Shown here in pieces: positions 63,201 through 64,000 of a DNA stretch of 64,000 nucleotides. A model generated the notes under the pieces. It was not told the DNA's origin, searched no databases, and worked only from the letters and a program-made list of their open reading frames with translations. How positions within the stretch are numbered: the first letter of the stretch is position 1; each line of letters begins with the position of its first letter. The stretch is from Candidatus Moraniibacteriota bacterium (lineage in GTDB: Bacteria > Patescibacteriota > Minisyncoccia > Moranbacterales > UBA11712), in assembly GCA_030679895.1 (NCBI GenBank), contig JAUXSN010000047.1, positions 1,328-65,327 on the forward strand, given 5' to 3'. The position numbers and the translations under genes were made by a program.

Positions 63201-63664
63201 AAAAACACGCCCGGACTTCGAATAAGCTGGCTGACAACGACCCTTTCCACCCCGTTTATGATAAAGGTCCCCCGATCAGTCATGATCGGAAGATCCCCCA
63301 AATAGACTTCCTGCTCCTTCACTTCTCCTGTTTGTTTGTTGAGAAGACTCACTTTGGATCGGAGAGGCGCTTCGAATGAGATATTCTTGGACTTTGAGGT
63401 TTTCTCGTCATACTTCGACTCATCCAAATAATACTCGCCGAAAGAAAGCTCCAGATCTTTTCCGGTAAAATCCTTGATCGGATTTATCTCGTCCAGAAGC
63501 TCGCGCAGCCCCTCCCTGAGAAACCACTGGTATGAGTTCGTCTGCGCTTCGATGAGATTCGGCAAGGACACCATCGGCAAACGCTTAAAAAATTTCCTCT
63601 TATGAAGAGAGGATTGCGGGCTGAAAGACTCTTTCACCCCGAGAGTTTTAGGCCCTAAAGACAT
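60236..63664 (-). CDS. rpoB: RNA polymerase beta subunit
   Basis: GDKLAGRHGNKG, SQFMDQ and GQRFGEME motifs; start probably ATG 63664. Confidence 0.98.
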   Translation of the reverse strand: MSLGPKTLGVKESFSPQSSLHKRKFFKRLPMVSLPNLIEAQTNSYQWFLREGLRELLDEINPIKDFTGKDLELSFGEYYLDESKYDEKTSKSKNISFEAPLRSKVSLLNKQTGEVKEQEVYLGDLPIMTDRGTFIINGVERVVVSQLIRSPGVFFTMEYQKGQKLFGAKIIPNRGAWLEMETDLDGAIWVKIDRKRKVAITSLLRAFGISSDEELLKTFSDVNTGEINHIEATINKDASKTQGEGFMEVYKRIRPGDLASVENAKQMIEAMFFNFERYDFGKVGRYRLNQRLEMDCPNDEKHRILRPEDLIMIVKEIVKLNNDPMAISDDIDHLGNRRVRCVGELVQNKFRAGLARLTRNIKDRMSTCDLALVVPGQLINSRPVAAAVKEFFASSQLSQFMDQVNPLAELEHKRRLSAMGPGGLTRERAGFEVRDVHHSHYGRICPVQTPEGPNIGLVNHLACYARINEFGFVETPYRKVALKAKNNPKELAGKVLAEEIKDESGKTLASKGEKISEELAKAIKKLKISEIPIRPFITKEIEYLNATIEDRKSIAHADIEVDEDGNILNERVEARVKGKPSMIEAEKIDFVDVSAKQCISVATALIPFLEHDDAHRALMGSNMQRQAVSCIMPQSPYVGTGLEDKAAADSGQVVMAQNEGEVIEVDADHITLKEQKEDGKSVKKVYHLQSFERSNAFTCMNQIPRVRKGEQINKGQLLADGASTDNGELALGQNILVALMPWEGSNFEDAIIISERLLEDDRYTSIHIEDFSIDVRDTKLGPEVVTRDIPNIGEERLKNLDDTGIIHIGAEVSSGDILVGKISPKGEGDLTPEERLLRAIFGEKSKDVKDTSLYLPHGEHGKIVDIKIFSREQGDKLSAGVIQQIQVSVAQLRKISVGDKLAGRHGNKGVISKIASIEDMPYLPDGTPVDIILNPLGVASRMNIGQILEAHLGWAASKLGYKVASPSLAGVSEKDIKVELKKAGLPEDGKLRLINGKSGEFFDEKTMVGYMYIMKLNHLVEDKIHMRSIGPYSLITQQPLGGKAQFGGQRFGEMEVWALEGYGSAYTLQEMLTIKSDDVLGRSKAYESIIKGEPIKSPNVPASFNVLVNELKGLCLNVELSGVKEEGEGDKNQETADKEQKN

Positions 63665-64000
63665 AAAAGACACGCCACCTAACCAATCTTTGCTTCGAAA
63701 ATTTCTAGGAAGCAAATAATTTTGGACAAGTGGTTTTAGTTAAGAATATTTAAATTTGGATAGATAGATTATGCAAATTCCCCAGAACTTAATAGCGCGT
63801 CTAAATACTCTATCACAAGACCCTTTTTTTAGCAAATCCGATATTCTTTATCCTTGAAGCCCGTTTGCGGCTTGATCTGATTTTTTTTCCGATCATCAGG
63901 CTGTCAAGAGTGATTTTTGCTATCCGGAAACTGGTGTAGTTTTCGGGCACTTGACTCATTATCTTATATCCATAAATTTTGTCAAGTCCGATCTTGTTTT

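Noticed and set aside
56592-63664. Inteins or introns in rpoB/rpoC (also checked recA and the tRNAs)
   Set aside because: Reading frames are continuous and of normal length, with no intein termini or intron-sized inserts seen.

Overview
64 kb of a small-genome bacterium, very likely Patescibacteria/CPR of Parcubacteria type. This is inferred from the gene set, the type IV pilus operon tied to a two-component system and AT-rich start regions without Shine-Dalgarno motifs. Standard code 11 applies because TAA, TAG and TGA all end genes. Most of the window is housekeeping: tsaD, hup, mpg, recG, pil operon, purH, groL, uvrA, rnj, trpS, ychF, rpsF-ssb-rpsR-efp, recA, ftsK, rpoC, rpoB and six tRNAs. 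Highlights: (1) An AT-rich islet between ftsK and rpoC holds a DUF3800-type nuclease-fold gene, a convergent ~100-nt structured RNA with its own promoter and terminator, and an HNH endonuclease gene broken by one in-frame TAG. (2) At least five families of short palindromic elements occur both between genes and in-frame inside housekeeping genes (tsaD twice, a GT4 gene, mpg, purH, ychF, a nucleotidyltransferase). (3) An orphan promoter-hairpin-terminator unit between mpg and recG looks like an unannotated ncRNA. (4) The C-terminal relic of a displaced phosphomannomutase sits behind the current pmm gene. (5) GroEL has no adjacent groES and carries a ~30-aa insertion. All calls come from reading the sequence and recalled family motifs; no searches were run.
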